A DNA stretch of 64,000 nucleotides. Source: an uncultured Nitrospiraceae bacterium (GTDB lineage Bacteria > Nitrospirota > Thermodesulfovibrionia > Thermodesulfovibrionales > Dissulfurispiraceae). The notes under the pieces were generated by a model. The model was not told the DNA's origin, ran no database searches, and saw only the letters and a program-made list of their open reading frames with translations. Below are positions 11,890 through 21,224 of the stretch, piece by piece. Positions within the stretch are counted from its first letter, which is position 1. Every line of letters begins with the position of its first letter. The stretch is taken from positions 1,152,001 to 1,216,000 of the forward strand of contig CAVSHF010000003.1 in assembly GCA_963727805.1 (NCBI GenBank). The letters run 5' to 3'. A program made the translations under genes and the position numbers.

Positions 11890-12843
11890 ATGAACGCAAC
11901 GATATTAAAATCATTCATGCTTGTCATAGCGATACTTTTCATGAGCTCTATTGCCTTTGAGCATATTGCTCACGCGCGCGCCGGCGGGGGGACGTCTTCA
12001 GGCAGCAGGGGGTCCAGGAGCTTCTCCTCACCGAGCCGCTCATATGATACGACTCCTGAAAAACAGACCTCTCAATCGCCTGTGCAGCCTGCCTCTGCCC
12101 CTCAGCCTGCGAGCGGCGGTTTCATGAGAGGTCTTGCTGGCGGCATCCTGGGCGGGCTTATTGGCAGCATGCTCTTCAGCGGCCTTGGGTTCGCTGGTCA
12201 AGGTGGTTTTGGAGGAAGCGGGATAGGTTTGGTTGAAATCCTACTAATCCTTAGCTTTGGCTTCTTTATCTACACGCTGTTTAAGAAAAAAAGAGCAGGG
12301 GCAGGTTCATCTCAAGCATATTCGCAAAACGCTTACCAGCCACAGGGACAGCCTGGAAATCAGCCTTACAGCACAACTTCTGGACCTACTGGGTCTGCCG
12401 GCAATGACGGACTTTCCTACATTCGTCAAATGGATGCGAGTTTTAGCGAAGACCGGTTCAAAGATAGCGTAATGGACACCTTTTTCAAAATCCAGGCCGC
12501 GTGGATGAACAGGGACTTGTCATCCGTCACCACGCTGCTTACTGACGAGATGAAGAGGACCTTCCAGGGGGATATCGACAAGCTCATAAGGGAGAGGAAA
12601 ATAAACAGACTCGAGAACATCGCCGTAAGAAATATCGACATAACCGAGGCATGGCAGGAATCGGGTCAGGACTTCATAACGGTACTGTTTTATGCCAACT
12701 TGCTCGATTACACAGCTGACGAATCGACCGGAGCAGTCGTGACAGGCAGTAAGACGGAACCGGTAAAATTCGAGGAATACTGGACGCTCACAAGACCCGT
12801 AGGGAACAACCCCTGGCAGCTTTCTGCCATCAACCAGGCATAG
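11890..12843 (+). CDS. Tim44 domain-containing protein
   Basis: ARAGGG.S.GSRGSRS N-terminus, Gly-rich TM region, FFKIQAAW, FEEYW, W.LSAINQ. Confidence 0.88.
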   Translation: MNATILKSFMLVIAILFMSSIAFEHIAHARAGGGTSSGSRGSRSFSSPSRSYDTTPEKQTSQSPVQPASAPQPASGGFMRGLAGGILGGLIGSMLFSGLGFAGQGGFGGSGIGLVEILLILSFGFFIYTLFKKKRAGAGSSQAYSQNAYQPQGQPGNQPYSTTSGPTGSAGNDGLSYIRQMDASFSEDRFKDSVMDTFFKIQAAWMNRDLSSVTTLLTDEMKRTFQGDIDKLIRERKINRLENIAVRNIDITEAWQESGQDFITVLFYANLLDYTADESTGAVVTGSKTEPVKFEEYWTLTRPVGNNPWQLSAINQA

Positions 12844-13027
12844 GAAACACAATAGCGCTAATCTATCGGAGAGTTCATTAAGTACTTCTTACCGGCGGTT
12901 GATCGCTCAGAGGAAGCTAAGTTCTGAAGGTCCTCTGTGGATGTGCCTTTTAATGCGGGCAGTCCCTCCCCTATCTTGCGCTTTCCCGGATCGCACTTCT
13001 CTAACCCGTGGGGAATGAGAAAAACAG

Positions 13028-13062
13028 AATCCTGCCATAATCGATCTCATTATGGCAGGATT
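13028..13062. terminator. Perfect 14-bp hairpin (likely terminator or processing stem)
   Basis: aatcctgccataat-cgatctc-attatggcaggatt. Confidence 0.55.
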
Positions 13063-13112
13063 ATAAGATTGGGGTATAATAAAGGGACTATAGAAAGCAC
13101 CATGCGAAAGAC

Positions 13113-14540
13113 ATGAACATATTACTTACAGGCGCAACGGGGTATATCGGGCGACGACTTCTTCTCCGGCTCCAGCACGAGCCGAATGTGTCACTCCGCG
13201 TTCTCGTAAGAAACGCCAAAAAACTGAAATCGGGCGACGTCGGTAACGCAAGAGTCATTGAGGGCGACACGTTTAAATGTGCTTCGCTGGTTCGTGCACT
13301 GAAAGGAATAGATGTCGCCTATTATCTTATAAATCTTACGGGTGCTGGCAGGAACTTCAACAGGCTGGAACACCAGAGTGCCGAATTATTCAGGGACACC
13401 TGCATCGAATTCGGCGTAAAGCGAATCATCTACCTGTCGGGCATCGGAGACCTCGAGAAAGCATCGCCACAACTCAGGACTAAACTTGAGGCGGGCATGA
13501 TCCTCAGCGAACGACCACATGAGATCCAGACAATTTGGCTCAGGTCAGGCTTGACTATCGGCTCCGGCAGCATAACCTTCGAGATAATCGAAGGCATGCT
13601 CAGTCATCTACCGTTGCTGGTCTTACCAGCTTGGACCCGGATCAGGACCAATACTGCTTTTGTCACCGATGTCGTCGAATATCTCTGTAAAGCAAAGGAC
13701 CTTTCCTCCGACTGCAGCTCGGTCATCGACATCGGGTCTCCACCTCTGACGTTCCGAGAGATGATTGAGATCACAGGGAACAGAATGGGAGTGCGAAGAC
13801 CCATGATAGCGGTCCCTTTTAATTTTCCCCGGTTGTCCGCATATTGGCTCAGTCTCTTCACTGCTGTCCCCTACCGCATCGCATCTGTAATAGTAGCTGG
13901 GATCCGTTCAGGGCATATAATAGACACGCATGCATCCCAAACCTGCTTTCCATCAATAGCCCCTACGTCCTTTGACGAAGCAGTGCGGAGGGCTTTTATC
14001 AAGGTTGAGACCGACCAGGTCATCAGTCGCTGGTGTGACAGCAGCGCCGGAGAGGTATGCGATGTCGCTGAGGCTGATGAGAGCTCCACCGCCCGATACA
14101 AGGATGAAACGCGGGATTCTTTCGGTTCACTTAATCCCTCAGCTGTCTTTAAGGCCGTCAAGTCCATCGGCGGCAAAACAGGGTGGTTCACTTTCGGATT
14201 TCTGTGGAAGGTCCGGGGGCTTCTCGACAAATTGGTGGGCGGGTACGGTATGACCAGGGGGCGACGGGCCGAGAGCGACCTGCGCATAGGCGATAAGCTG
14301 GATTTTTGGGAAGTAGTAGACCTGCAGGAAAACCGAAGACTTCTGTTGGAGGCCCAGATGAAGCTGCCGGGTCGCGCCTGGTTAGAGTTTACAATTCAGA
14401 GGACCGACTTGGTGATAACAGCTTATTTCATGCCGAGAGGTTTCTGGGGAACCATCTACTGGTACAGTCTGATTCCATCTCATCATTTTGTCTTTAGGGA
14501 TCTTATCAAGAGCATAATCAAAAAGGCGGGTGGGCAGTAG
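13113..14540 (+). CDS. SDR-family oxidoreductase with C-terminal DUF2867 (YbjT-like)
   Basis: TGATGYIG; IGG..GW, GD.LDFWEV, AQMKLPGRAWLEF. Confidence 0.85.
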   Translation: MNILLTGATGYIGRRLLLRLQHEPNVSLRVLVRNAKKLKSGDVGNARVIEGDTFKCASLVRALKGIDVAYYLINLTGAGRNFNRLEHQSAELFRDTCIEFGVKRIIYLSGIGDLEKASPQLRTKLEAGMILSERPHEIQTIWLRSGLTIGSGSITFEIIEGMLSHLPLLVLPAWTRIRTNTAFVTDVVEYLCKAKDLSSDCSSVIDIGSPPLTFREMIEITGNRMGVRRPMIAVPFNFPRLSAYWLSLFTAVPYRIASVIVAGIRSGHIIDTHASQTCFPSIAPTSFDEAVRRAFIKVETDQVISRWCDSSAGEVCDVAEADESSTARYKDETRDSFGSLNPSAVFKAVKSIGGKTGWFTFGFLWKVRGLLDKLVGGYGMTRGRRAESDLRIGDKLDFWEVVDLQENRRLLLEAQMKLPGRAWLEFTIQRTDLVITAYFMPRGFWGTIYWYSLIPSHHFVFRDLIKSIIKKAGGQ

Positions 14541-14647
14541 GCTGACAATTTTTTTTCTCGAGAGAAAAAATGAGCAGTTTTGAGTTCGCCGCGAATCACG
14601 GATGTACTACGGAAGGGATCTTGCAACATAGCTTCGCGGAGGAGACC

Positions 14648-15049
14648 ATGGTGCATACTATAAAGGTAAAAATATATTACGAGGATACTGATGCAGGCGG
14701 CGTTGTTTATTATGCCAACTATCTCCGTTATATGGAACGGGCAAGGACGGAGTTCCTTTCCGAATACGGCATCAATGTCGCAGAACATCATCACCGGGGG
14801 TATTTTTTTGTAGTGACTCATGTAGACATCAGCTACAAGAGGCCTGCCCGTCTCGGTGAAACTATCGATATAACGACCGAAGTGGAAGAAGTGCGAAACG
14901 CGAGCATGACCATAAAAAATTGCATCCTGAAGGAAGGTTCCCTGCTAGTTCAAGCGCTTGTCACTTTTGCTTGCATCGATAGGGAGGGAAGGCCAAAGCG
15001 GCTTCCTGAGAGTTTCAGTCCATTCAGAGCTATGTCAAAAAAGTGTTGA
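14648..15049 (+). CDS. ybgC: YbgC/FadM acyl-CoA thioesterase
   Basis: IYYEDTDAGGVVYYANYLRYMERARTE; GGAG RBS. Confidence 0.85.
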   Translation: MVHTIKVKIYYEDTDAGGVVYYANYLRYMERARTEFLSEYGINVAEHHHRGYFFVVTHVDISYKRPARLGETIDITTEVEEVRNASMTIKNCILKEGSLLVQALVTFACIDREGRPKRLPESFSPFRAMSKKC

Positions 15050-15149
15050 ACCTGTCATCTTTAGACATTCCTGGGTTATACATCTTCCTTCTGCGCCACC
15101 CCATAAGACCATCTTGTCAATCTTTGCTCAACACGGATATAATCAGCTT

Positions 15150-15608
15150 ATGACTATTGATGAAAGGCTAAAAGAACTGGGGATCTCTCTTTCAGATGCA
15201 CCGAAGCCGATGGGTTCCTACGTGCCCTGTGTTCAGTCGGGTAATCTCCTGTTTCTGAGCGGGGTGCTCCCGCTCAGAAACGGGCAACTAATAAAGACCG
15301 GAAGGGTTGGAGAAGCGGTGTCACTTGATGAGGCACGTGAAGCATCCCGACAAGTCATAATCAATACTCTTTCGCTACTCAAATCTCATCTCGGAAGCCT
15401 CGATAAAATAAGGTGCCTCAAATTAAATGGGTATGTAGCATCGGCTGAGAGCTTTACGGATCAGCCAAAGGTCCTCAATGCTGCCTCAGACCTTCTCTTC
15501 GAAATATTCGGCGAAGCAGGTAGACACGCCAGGGCCGCAATCGGCGTCTATTCCCTGCCTCTAAACTCACCAATCGAGATAGATTTCATCTTCGAAATCA
15601 AAAACTGA
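15150..15608 (+). CDS. RidA/YjgF family protein
   Basis: GSYVP, LFLSG, GRHARAAIGV.SLP. Confidence 0.88.
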   Translation: MTIDERLKELGISLSDAPKPMGSYVPCVQSGNLLFLSGVLPLRNGQLIKTGRVGEAVSLDEAREASRQVIINTLSLLKSHLGSLDKIRCLKLNGYVASAESFTDQPKVLNAASDLLFEIFGEAGRHARAAIGVYSLPLNSPIEIDFIFEIKN

Positions 15609-15609
15609 G

Positions 15610-16056
15610 TTAATATGTAGTAGGGTCTTCAGGCGGCAATGCCGATTCATCGAAAGGAATTACGCCGAGTTGTGTCATAACATTCTCCAGACCTATGAGC
15701 ATTTCTCGGTAATCGTAATTAGGCATCTCCTCTTTGAGCGCTCTTTCCACAAGTTGGTCGAAGGCATCGAAATCAAAACGTCCATCCAGCACATTTGCGC
15801 GTACCAGTATGCCGTGGACAATGCGGTCGTTGTTGAGATTAGCGACCTCTTCCATGACAAGATTCTTCCTTCTCTCGGAAGAGGCGATATACCATTCCAG
15901 AGCTCCGCTAAGGGCATCATAGAGCGTTACTATACCCGCAGCTATCTTGCCTTGCCCCAGTCGCCTTTTCCCACCCCTTATATGGAGCCGTGCCCTCAGC
16001 AGAGGACCTTCCTCAGGACCGAATGCACGTTCATCCATCAAACCCGCATGAGGCAT
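15610..16056 (-). CDS. Hypothetical protein
   Basis: 148-aa ORF with GGAG-type RBS filling the gap between genes. Confidence 0.6.
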   Translation of the reverse strand: MPHAGLMDERAFGPEEGPLLRARLHIRGGKRRLGQGKIAAGIVTLYDALSGALEWYIASSERRKNLVMEEVANLNNDRIVHGILVRANVLDGRFDFDAFDQLVERALKEEMPNYDYREMLIGLENVMTQLGVIPFDESALPPEDPTTY

Positions 16057-16178
16057 ACTACCCTCCTTTACTGAATTGTATCAACAGCCCTCACATGCTG
16101 CAAACCGACTCTTGGCCACAGTTCCATTTGTGATATGATCTTAGCTCAATCTCACTCTGTTATAATTAAAGTGAGGGT

Positions 16179-16853
16179 ATGTTTATGACAAAAAAGCGCG
16201 AACCCGAAGATTTTTCATTCCGGCCTTTCAAGAATCTGAAGAAAACGATCGACGCCGTGAAGAACCCTGCTGTCACAGAAAATAATGCCAAGGATGTTTC
16301 TTGTCCGGATGATGCAGAACTATTTCGTCTTGAAATGAAAGGAGTGCGAGAGATCGGGGAATTCCGGAAAATCCCTGTCGCGCAACGTCAAGTGATGCCT
16401 GCACCTAAGCAGCGCGATTCAGAGAAAGAGACATTGAAAATACTTGAAGATATATCGGAAGGCCGCCGACCTATAAGGCTTGAAGATACACAGGAGTACG
16501 TAGAATGGGTGAATTCAGTCTACAGTTCTGCCCCAATCACGAGAAAATTGCATGAAGGACATTTCGCCATCCAGGACTTTCTCGATCTCCACGGCTTCAC
16601 GGTTGATGAAGCCGCAGCACACATCGATGACTTTCTGAGAAGATCCCTATTAAATGGGCTGCGTTGCATCAAGATAATTCATGGCAGAGGACTTAAGTCA
16701 CCACAGGGGCCTATTCTGAAAGAGACACTTGTCGGATGGCTCTCAGGCCGATACCGGAAAAATATCATCGCATTCGTCACTGCGCGGCGATGTGACGGTG
16801 GACTTGGAGCGCTCTATATTATGCTCAAACAACATTGCCTAAAAAAGAGATGA
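16179..16853 (+). CDS. Smr/MutS2 C-terminal domain protein
   Basis: LDLHGFT, IIHGRG, GG.GALY. Confidence 0.88.
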   Translation: MFMTKKREPEDFSFRPFKNLKKTIDAVKNPAVTENNAKDVSCPDDAELFRLEMKGVREIGEFRKIPVAQRQVMPAPKQRDSEKETLKILEDISEGRRPIRLEDTQEYVEWVNSVYSSAPITRKLHEGHFAIQDFLDLHGFTVDEAAAHIDDFLRRSLLNGLRCIKIIHGRGLKSPQGPILKETLVGWLSGRYRKNIIAFVTARRCDGGLGALYIMLKQHCLKKR

Positions 16854-16896
16854 TACCGCACTTCACACATGGTGTATTAGTCCTATATAATGAATT

Positions 16897-17487
16897 ATGA
16901 ACTCCGGTGAAATGAAGGCATGGGAGCTTTTAAAGTCACTCGATCCTGTCGAGGTTTGCAGGCGTGCCGGTGCATCTTTCAATCCGGCTGCCCTGGAGTA
17001 TTCAATTCACTCGTTTAACAGTGATTTCCATCTATTTCTGACCGAGCAGAAAATAACGGGTGATGATCTTTTCCTTAAACGGTTAGGCTATTTTTTCGGG
17101 CTCTCGGCCCTCTCTTATCTAATTTCTTCAAGAGATATTCCGCCGACAGGCCGTCTCATAAAACCTTCTGATATCAAAGGTGGACAACTCTTCTTCAGGG
17201 GATCACATGTGCTGCCACTCGATAAGCTCGCCGCTAAGTATGGCGACGGCACAGAGGATTTTCAGCACAAAGGATCGGAACTTGGGGCTGAAGTTGCTCC
17301 TTATGGAGACGTCGCTCTAAAACTTCTTCCTTTTGCAAGGATCCCGGTCTATCTTCTCTTGTGGAAACAGGATGAGGAATTCCCGGCGCGTGCCGACCTT
17401 CTTTTTGATTCATCCTGCGCGATGCAGGCGCCCCTGGATATCCTCTGGTCCATCGCCATGATGACGGTCCTGGCGATGATGATGTAA
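16897..17487 (+). CDS. DUF3786 domain protein
   Basis: GGQLFF, P.ARIP, W..DEEFPA...LLFD. Confidence 0.75.
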   Translation: MNSGEMKAWELLKSLDPVEVCRRAGASFNPAALEYSIHSFNSDFHLFLTEQKITGDDLFLKRLGYFFGLSALSYLISSRDIPPTGRLIKPSDIKGGQLFFRGSHVLPLDKLAAKYGDGTEDFQHKGSELGAEVAPYGDVALKLLPFARIPVYLLLWKQDEEFPARADLLFDSSCAMQAPLDILWSIAMMTVLAMMM

Positions 17488-17498
17488 TGGGCACTTAG

Positions 17499-17837
17499 TT
17501 AATACATTGATCTTATTCTTCCCGTCCGTTTGTCGATGATTACCTTGTCGACAAGGATACCGCGCCTATCTCTCATATCGGCCTCGAAAAAAAGCTCTCT
17601 TTCCCTTATGTCGCCTATCTTTACATCCCTCCTAGAATAAGAGTCCTTTAGCAATCTCCTGGCCTCCTGACTATTTGATACCGCCTTTCTTTGCCCATAG
17701 CCACGACCTGATTGCCCGTAATGATAGTAGCCGTAATGCCTATCGCCCGCGTAGGCAGCGGGAATCCAAAAAGAGATGGAAATAACAACAAACAACCCCA
17801 ACGTTATGCAGGCATTCACGAAAGATTTTAGGCTCAT
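17499..17837 (-). CDS. Small secreted PepSY-like protein
   Basis: Signal peptide, Gly/Tyr-rich linker, C-terminal VDKVIIDKRTGRIRSMY. Confidence 0.65.
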   Translation of the reverse strand: MSLKSFVNACITLGLFVVISISFWIPAAYAGDRHYGYYHYGQSGRGYGQRKAVSNSQEARRLLKDSYSRRDVKIGDIRERELFFEADMRDRRGILVDKVIIDKRTGRIRSMY

Positions 17838-17865
17838 ATCATTCCCTTCCTTATCCGAAAGGATG

Positions 17866-18390
17866 TGAACTACTGACAACTTAACCACGGGAACGGTTGA
17901 ATTCACAGACACCAGCGCGCTGCAGGTTTTGCCCACAGATCATCTTGCAGTAGTCTCCTACCCGTTTAACCCGGGCCATCAATAATATAGCAAACCTTAA
18001 TGGATGTGCCATTTTATTCGGGCAGCCCCTGTCTATTTGAGACCTTTCGCTAACCTTGGCGAACGTCTGACTTAACCACATAACGAGTGAGGCATTAGTG
18101 GTCAAGCCGCAGTTATGGCAGAATAAATACTGCCTGAGTTTCCCGATTATCGGGGTGAATGTGCCCACATGGGAAACACTCCTGAGAGTGATGTCGTTCA
18201 CTCTCGCACAGTCCTGGTAACAGCTGTATCTATACATAGCTCGATGCCGTAAAAAAGTCAACGGCAACCGACTAACCCCACGTAACTTTTTGTAGGGAGG
18301 AGATTGCGACAGTAAGTTTCGATCAAAACCCACTGTTTGCCCCCCTACTGGCTTACGCCTAGCCGGGACATCCGCAACTATTAGTTCAAA
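17866..18390 (-). ncRNA. Candidate large structured non-coding RNA, copy 1 (about 525 nt), family not recognised
   Basis: Promoter directly upstream; terminal UGAACUA/UAGUUCA helix; nested helices and about 10 local hairpins; G-U wobbles favour the minus strand; homologous to 21393-21713. Confidence 0.6.
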
Positions 18391-18399
18391 CTCTGAAAC

Positions 18400-18428
18400 A
18401 TTATAGTCAGAATGTGGAAACGGGTCAA
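18400..18428 (-). promoter_or_regulatory. Near-consensus sigma70 promoter
   Basis: Minus strand TTGACC-17 nt-TATAAT; predicted start near 18393. Confidence 0.8.
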
Positions 18429-18451
18429 TCATTCTTCTTCCAAAAGCGCAT

Positions 18452-18488
18452 GAATGGGGGAAAAGGACAGGCTACCCTTCCCCCATTC
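18452..18488 (-). terminator. Hairpin after the cytochrome pseudogene
   Basis: gaatgggggaa ... ttcccccattc, 11-bp stem. Confidence 0.55.
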
Positions 18489-18490
18489 CA

Positions 18491-18774
18491 CTATTTCTTA
18501 TGACATTTTGTACAGTTGTCTGCGAGGCGAAGACTTTCGTACCGCTATGACAAGAGAAGCAGAGCTTACCGGCTTCATAGTCAACCTTGGTTATTTTCAC
18601 CGCCCCTTTCTTCATCTTGAACATATCGGCAAGGCAGTCCTTGCACACACATCCTTTAGCCGCATGCATTCCCCTGTCAAATATGCCCTTACCGGGGCTG
18701 TTATCACTGGCAAATTCCACAGGCTTCCCGGACAGCATGGCTGATGCATTCCCGATCAGTGTTTCGTCTAGCAC
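18491..18774 (-). pseudogene. Decayed c7-type multiheme cytochrome c
   Basis: CKDCL (His lost), intact CFSCH, last motif CTKCHKK* only in a shifted frame; no intact signal peptide. Confidence 0.7.
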
Positions 18775-19007
18775 CCCTCAACAGCCTTTTTCTTGATGAT
18801 CTTACCGTCTTTGACCATAACTTTGTCGCCAACCTTGAATCCCTTAGCGTCTCCCTCAACAGTCGTTTCCTTGCCATCAGCAGCCTTAACGGTAATCTTG
18901 GTCCCCTCGATCTTACTGATCGCTCCCTTCACATCAGCAGCGAAACTGATCCCTGCAACTGCGACAGTGACGACGATCGCCACCAATACTACGAAAATCT
19001 TCTTCAT
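18768..19007 (-). CDS. Small secreted beta-rich protein with C-terminal KKKAVEGC (ExtJ-like)
   Basis: Signal peptide ending SFA; Lys-rich tail; terminal Gly-Cys then TAG. Confidence 0.7.
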   Translation of the reverse strand: MKKIFVVLVAIVVTVAVAGISFAADVKGAISKIEGTKITVKAADGKETTVEGDAKGFKVGDKVMVKDGKIIKKKAVEGC

Positions 19008-19067
19008 CCCTTTCACCTTCCTTCACAATTCTGTCTAAGACCAGCTTAGTGATTTTTGTTTCTGATT

Positions 19068-19124
19068 AAAGGATACCAAATAATTGTGAACCCGCAGCGA
19101 AGAGATTATGAATAATTATGAATC
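19068..19124 (-). promoter_or_regulatory. Second copy of the four-repeat operator with extended -10
   Basis: Minus strand gattcataattattcataatctcttcgctgcgggttcacaattatttggtatcct. Confidence 0.65.
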
Positions 19125-19183
19125 CACGTAGAGACAATGAGGTGCACATAAGCAGAGGTGAATTCTCCTTTTCTCTGATAACA

Positions 19184-20530
19184 TCAATGAGGAAACATTA
19201 ACGTGAAGACAGAGCCTTTTCCGAATTCGCTCCATACCGATATCACCCCACCGTGAGCCTCCGTCAGCTCTTTTACGATGGTTAGGCCGATGCCAAGGCC
19301 ACCTTTTAAGCCCCGATAGAACCTCTCGAAAATAAAGGGGAAATCCTCATCTCTGATGCCGCTCCCGCTGTCACCAACCTCGATGACCGTTCCGGAAGGG
19401 CTGTCAAAGGCCTTAATCCATGCATTGCCTCCCCTTTCCGTAGCCTTGAGAGCATTCGACAAAAGATTAATTATGACCTGACTCAGCCGGTCGGGATCAC
19501 CATTTATCGTAAGCCCTGCATCACAGGTCAGCTCCAGCTTGACACCCTTTTCTTCAAACAGCCTGCCGAAACGGCCCCAGATACCTTCCAGGAATGGCTT
19601 AAGAATGAAAACGCTTTTTCGGAGATAGCGGCTACTCGCCTCAGCTTGGCTAAGCTCCTCTATGCCTTCGATAATCTTGTTTAATCTGCCGATTTCCGAA
19701 TACAATGACTGGAGATTTTCTTTATCAAAAGGGATGAGGCCGTCCATCATACCCTCCAGTTCGCCGCGGATTGCACTTATGGGTGTTCTGAGCTCATGTG
19801 CGATGTTCGAGGTAAGTTTTCTTCTTAACGATTCCTGAACCTCGAGGGATTGTGCCATGCGATTGAATGAATCGGCAAGAGTGGCTATTTCGTCTCTGCC
19901 GGCAATGCTGACACGGCTTTTAAGATTGCCGGCACTGATCTCCATAGCCGCCTGTGTGAGCCCCTTTATAGGATTAGTCAATCTTCTCGAAACGACAATG
20001 CTAAGGATGATTGCGATGCCGCCTAGTGCAACCAATGATAGCAGAAGCAGCTCATCGGACCGAGCGATAAAGACCCCAGACTTTCGGGGCCTTAATAAGC
20101 CCACTTCAATATGCCCGATCTGTTCGCCCCCCAAAAATAATGGATAAGGCATGAATTTCTCGTCTGTCCTTCGTGCGTCAAAATCGGACAGTGCGATGAC
20201 CCTATTTAGAACTGCCTCAGGCTGGGCGGTGATGGCAGTTTCAGTATCCATTACAATGTCGCCTCTAATATCGTAAAGCTTGATATCGAAGCCGAGCATC
20301 ACCGCCCACAGCATATTTTCGACAATGTCCTTCTTGACCCATCCCTCATTTTTATCGTACGAACTCTCCAAGGCTGCCGTAATCCAATAGATTCGGTCTT
20401 CCCTTTCGCCTTCTAGATATTCCCCGAAATCGTTGAGCATCAGTTCCCTGAGAAGGAATGCTGCAGAAAGTGCAATAAGAGAGACAGTGACAAGCAGTAG
20501 AAGAAACTTAAGCCAGAGGCTCTTAAACAT
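19184..20530 (-). CDS. HAMP-domain sensor histidine kinase (BaeS-like)
   Basis: Two TM helices, HAMP, AHELRTP H-box, NLLSNA, DSGSGI, GLGIGL. Confidence 0.93.
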   Translation of the reverse strand: MFKSLWLKFLLLLVTVSLIALSAAFLLRELMLNDFGEYLEGEREDRIYWITAALESSYDKNEGWVKKDIVENMLWAVMLGFDIKLYDIRGDIVMDTETAITAQPEAVLNRVIALSDFDARRTDEKFMPYPLFLGGEQIGHIEVGLLRPRKSGVFIARSDELLLLSLVALGGIAIILSIVVSRRLTNPIKGLTQAAMEISAGNLKSRVSIAGRDEIATLADSFNRMAQSLEVQESLRRKLTSNIAHELRTPISAIRGELEGMMDGLIPFDKENLQSLYSEIGRLNKIIEGIEELSQAEASSRYLRKSVFILKPFLEGIWGRFGRLFEEKGVKLELTCDAGLTINGDPDRLSQVIINLLSNALKATERGGNAWIKAFDSPSGTVIEVGDSGSGIRDEDFPFIFERFYRGLKGGLGIGLTIVKELTEAHGGVISVWSEFGKGSVFTLMFPH

Positions 20531-21224
20531 CCTTTTTGCCGGAAAAACGGTACCCCACTCCGTAAATGGTAAGTATGTATTCCGGATTTCTCGGGTCTTT
20601 CTCTATTTTATGCCGTATATTCTTGATGTGTGCATCGATGCTCCTCTCGTACCCTTCAAACTGGTAGCCAAGGGCCTTTTCGACCAGTTCCTCGCGCGTA
20701 AAGACCCTGCCCGGATGCATAGCAAGAGTATGGAGCACCTTGAATTCGGTCGGAGTAACGTTTATCTGGTCTTCCGCTTTCCTGACTTCATAACTCTGCC
20801 CATCGATTATCAGAGCACCTTTATTAAAGCTGACTGGCGCCGCGTGTTCGAGGTCCCCTTTTTGCTGTCGCCTCAATACCGCCTTGATCCGGTATACTAA
20901 CTCCCTCGGGCTGAATGGTTTCACAACGTAGTCATCGGCACCAAGCGCGAAACCCGCTACCCTCTCCTCTTCAGAAGCCTTGGCGGTGAGCATGATAATA
21001 GGAAAGTCTCCGATGTGCCTTAACTCCTGGCATACCTCCTCCCCGCTGGTGTCAGGCAACATAAGATCTAAGACGGCAAGAAGTGGTTTTTCCTTCAGCG
21101 CCGCTTCTATCGCATCCTTTCCTTTGTCCGCATGAACAACGCGGTATCCTGCTCCTTCGAGGTAGACCTTTACGACTTTGGCAATCTTGCTGTCGTCTTC
21201 GATGATAAGAATGGGTTGGTTCAT
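20523..21224 (-). CDS. OmpR/PhoB-family response regulator
   Basis: IEDD, DLMLP, KPFSPREL, winged helix R.IDAHIKNIR, TIYGVGY. Confidence 0.95.
   Translation of the reverse strand: MNQPILIIEDDSKIAKVVKVYLEGAGYRVVHADKGKDAIEAALKEKPLLAVLDLMLPDTSGEEVCQELRHIGDFPIIMLTAKASEEERVAGFALGADDYVVKPFSPRELVYRIKAVLRRQQKGDLEHAAPVSFNKGALIIDGQSYEVRKAEDQINVTPTEFKVLHTLAMHPGRVFTREELVEKALGYQFEGYERSIDAHIKNIRHKIEKDPRNPEYILTIYGVGYRFSGKKDV

Noticed and set aside
12850..13015. Possible rod-like ncRNA or riboswitch after the Tim44 gene (cagagga/tcctctg stem)
   Set aside because: Only short stems; no SRP, 6S or glycine riboswitch consensus and no second copy
18262..18342. Resemblance to a c-di-GMP-I (GEMM) riboswitch: GGCAAA-stem-CGCAA...GUUGCCG
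   Set aside because: No GNRA loop or receptor, and copy 2 loses these nucleotides while keeping the helices
17866..18390. Group I or group II intron interpretation (UUGCG start, P4/P5-like helix, GAGACUA)
   Set aside because: No domain V; the R-like motif precedes the Q-like motif; no S element; no interrupted gene
17881..18432. 183-aa minus-strand ORF over RNA copy 1 (and the 93-aa ORF 21313-21594 over copy 2)
   Set aside because: No recognisable domain; its start lies upstream of the promoter; indels between the copies break the frame
18768..18776. Selenocysteine read-through in the -EGC protein
   Set aside because: Codons are TGC then TAG; no in-frame TGA
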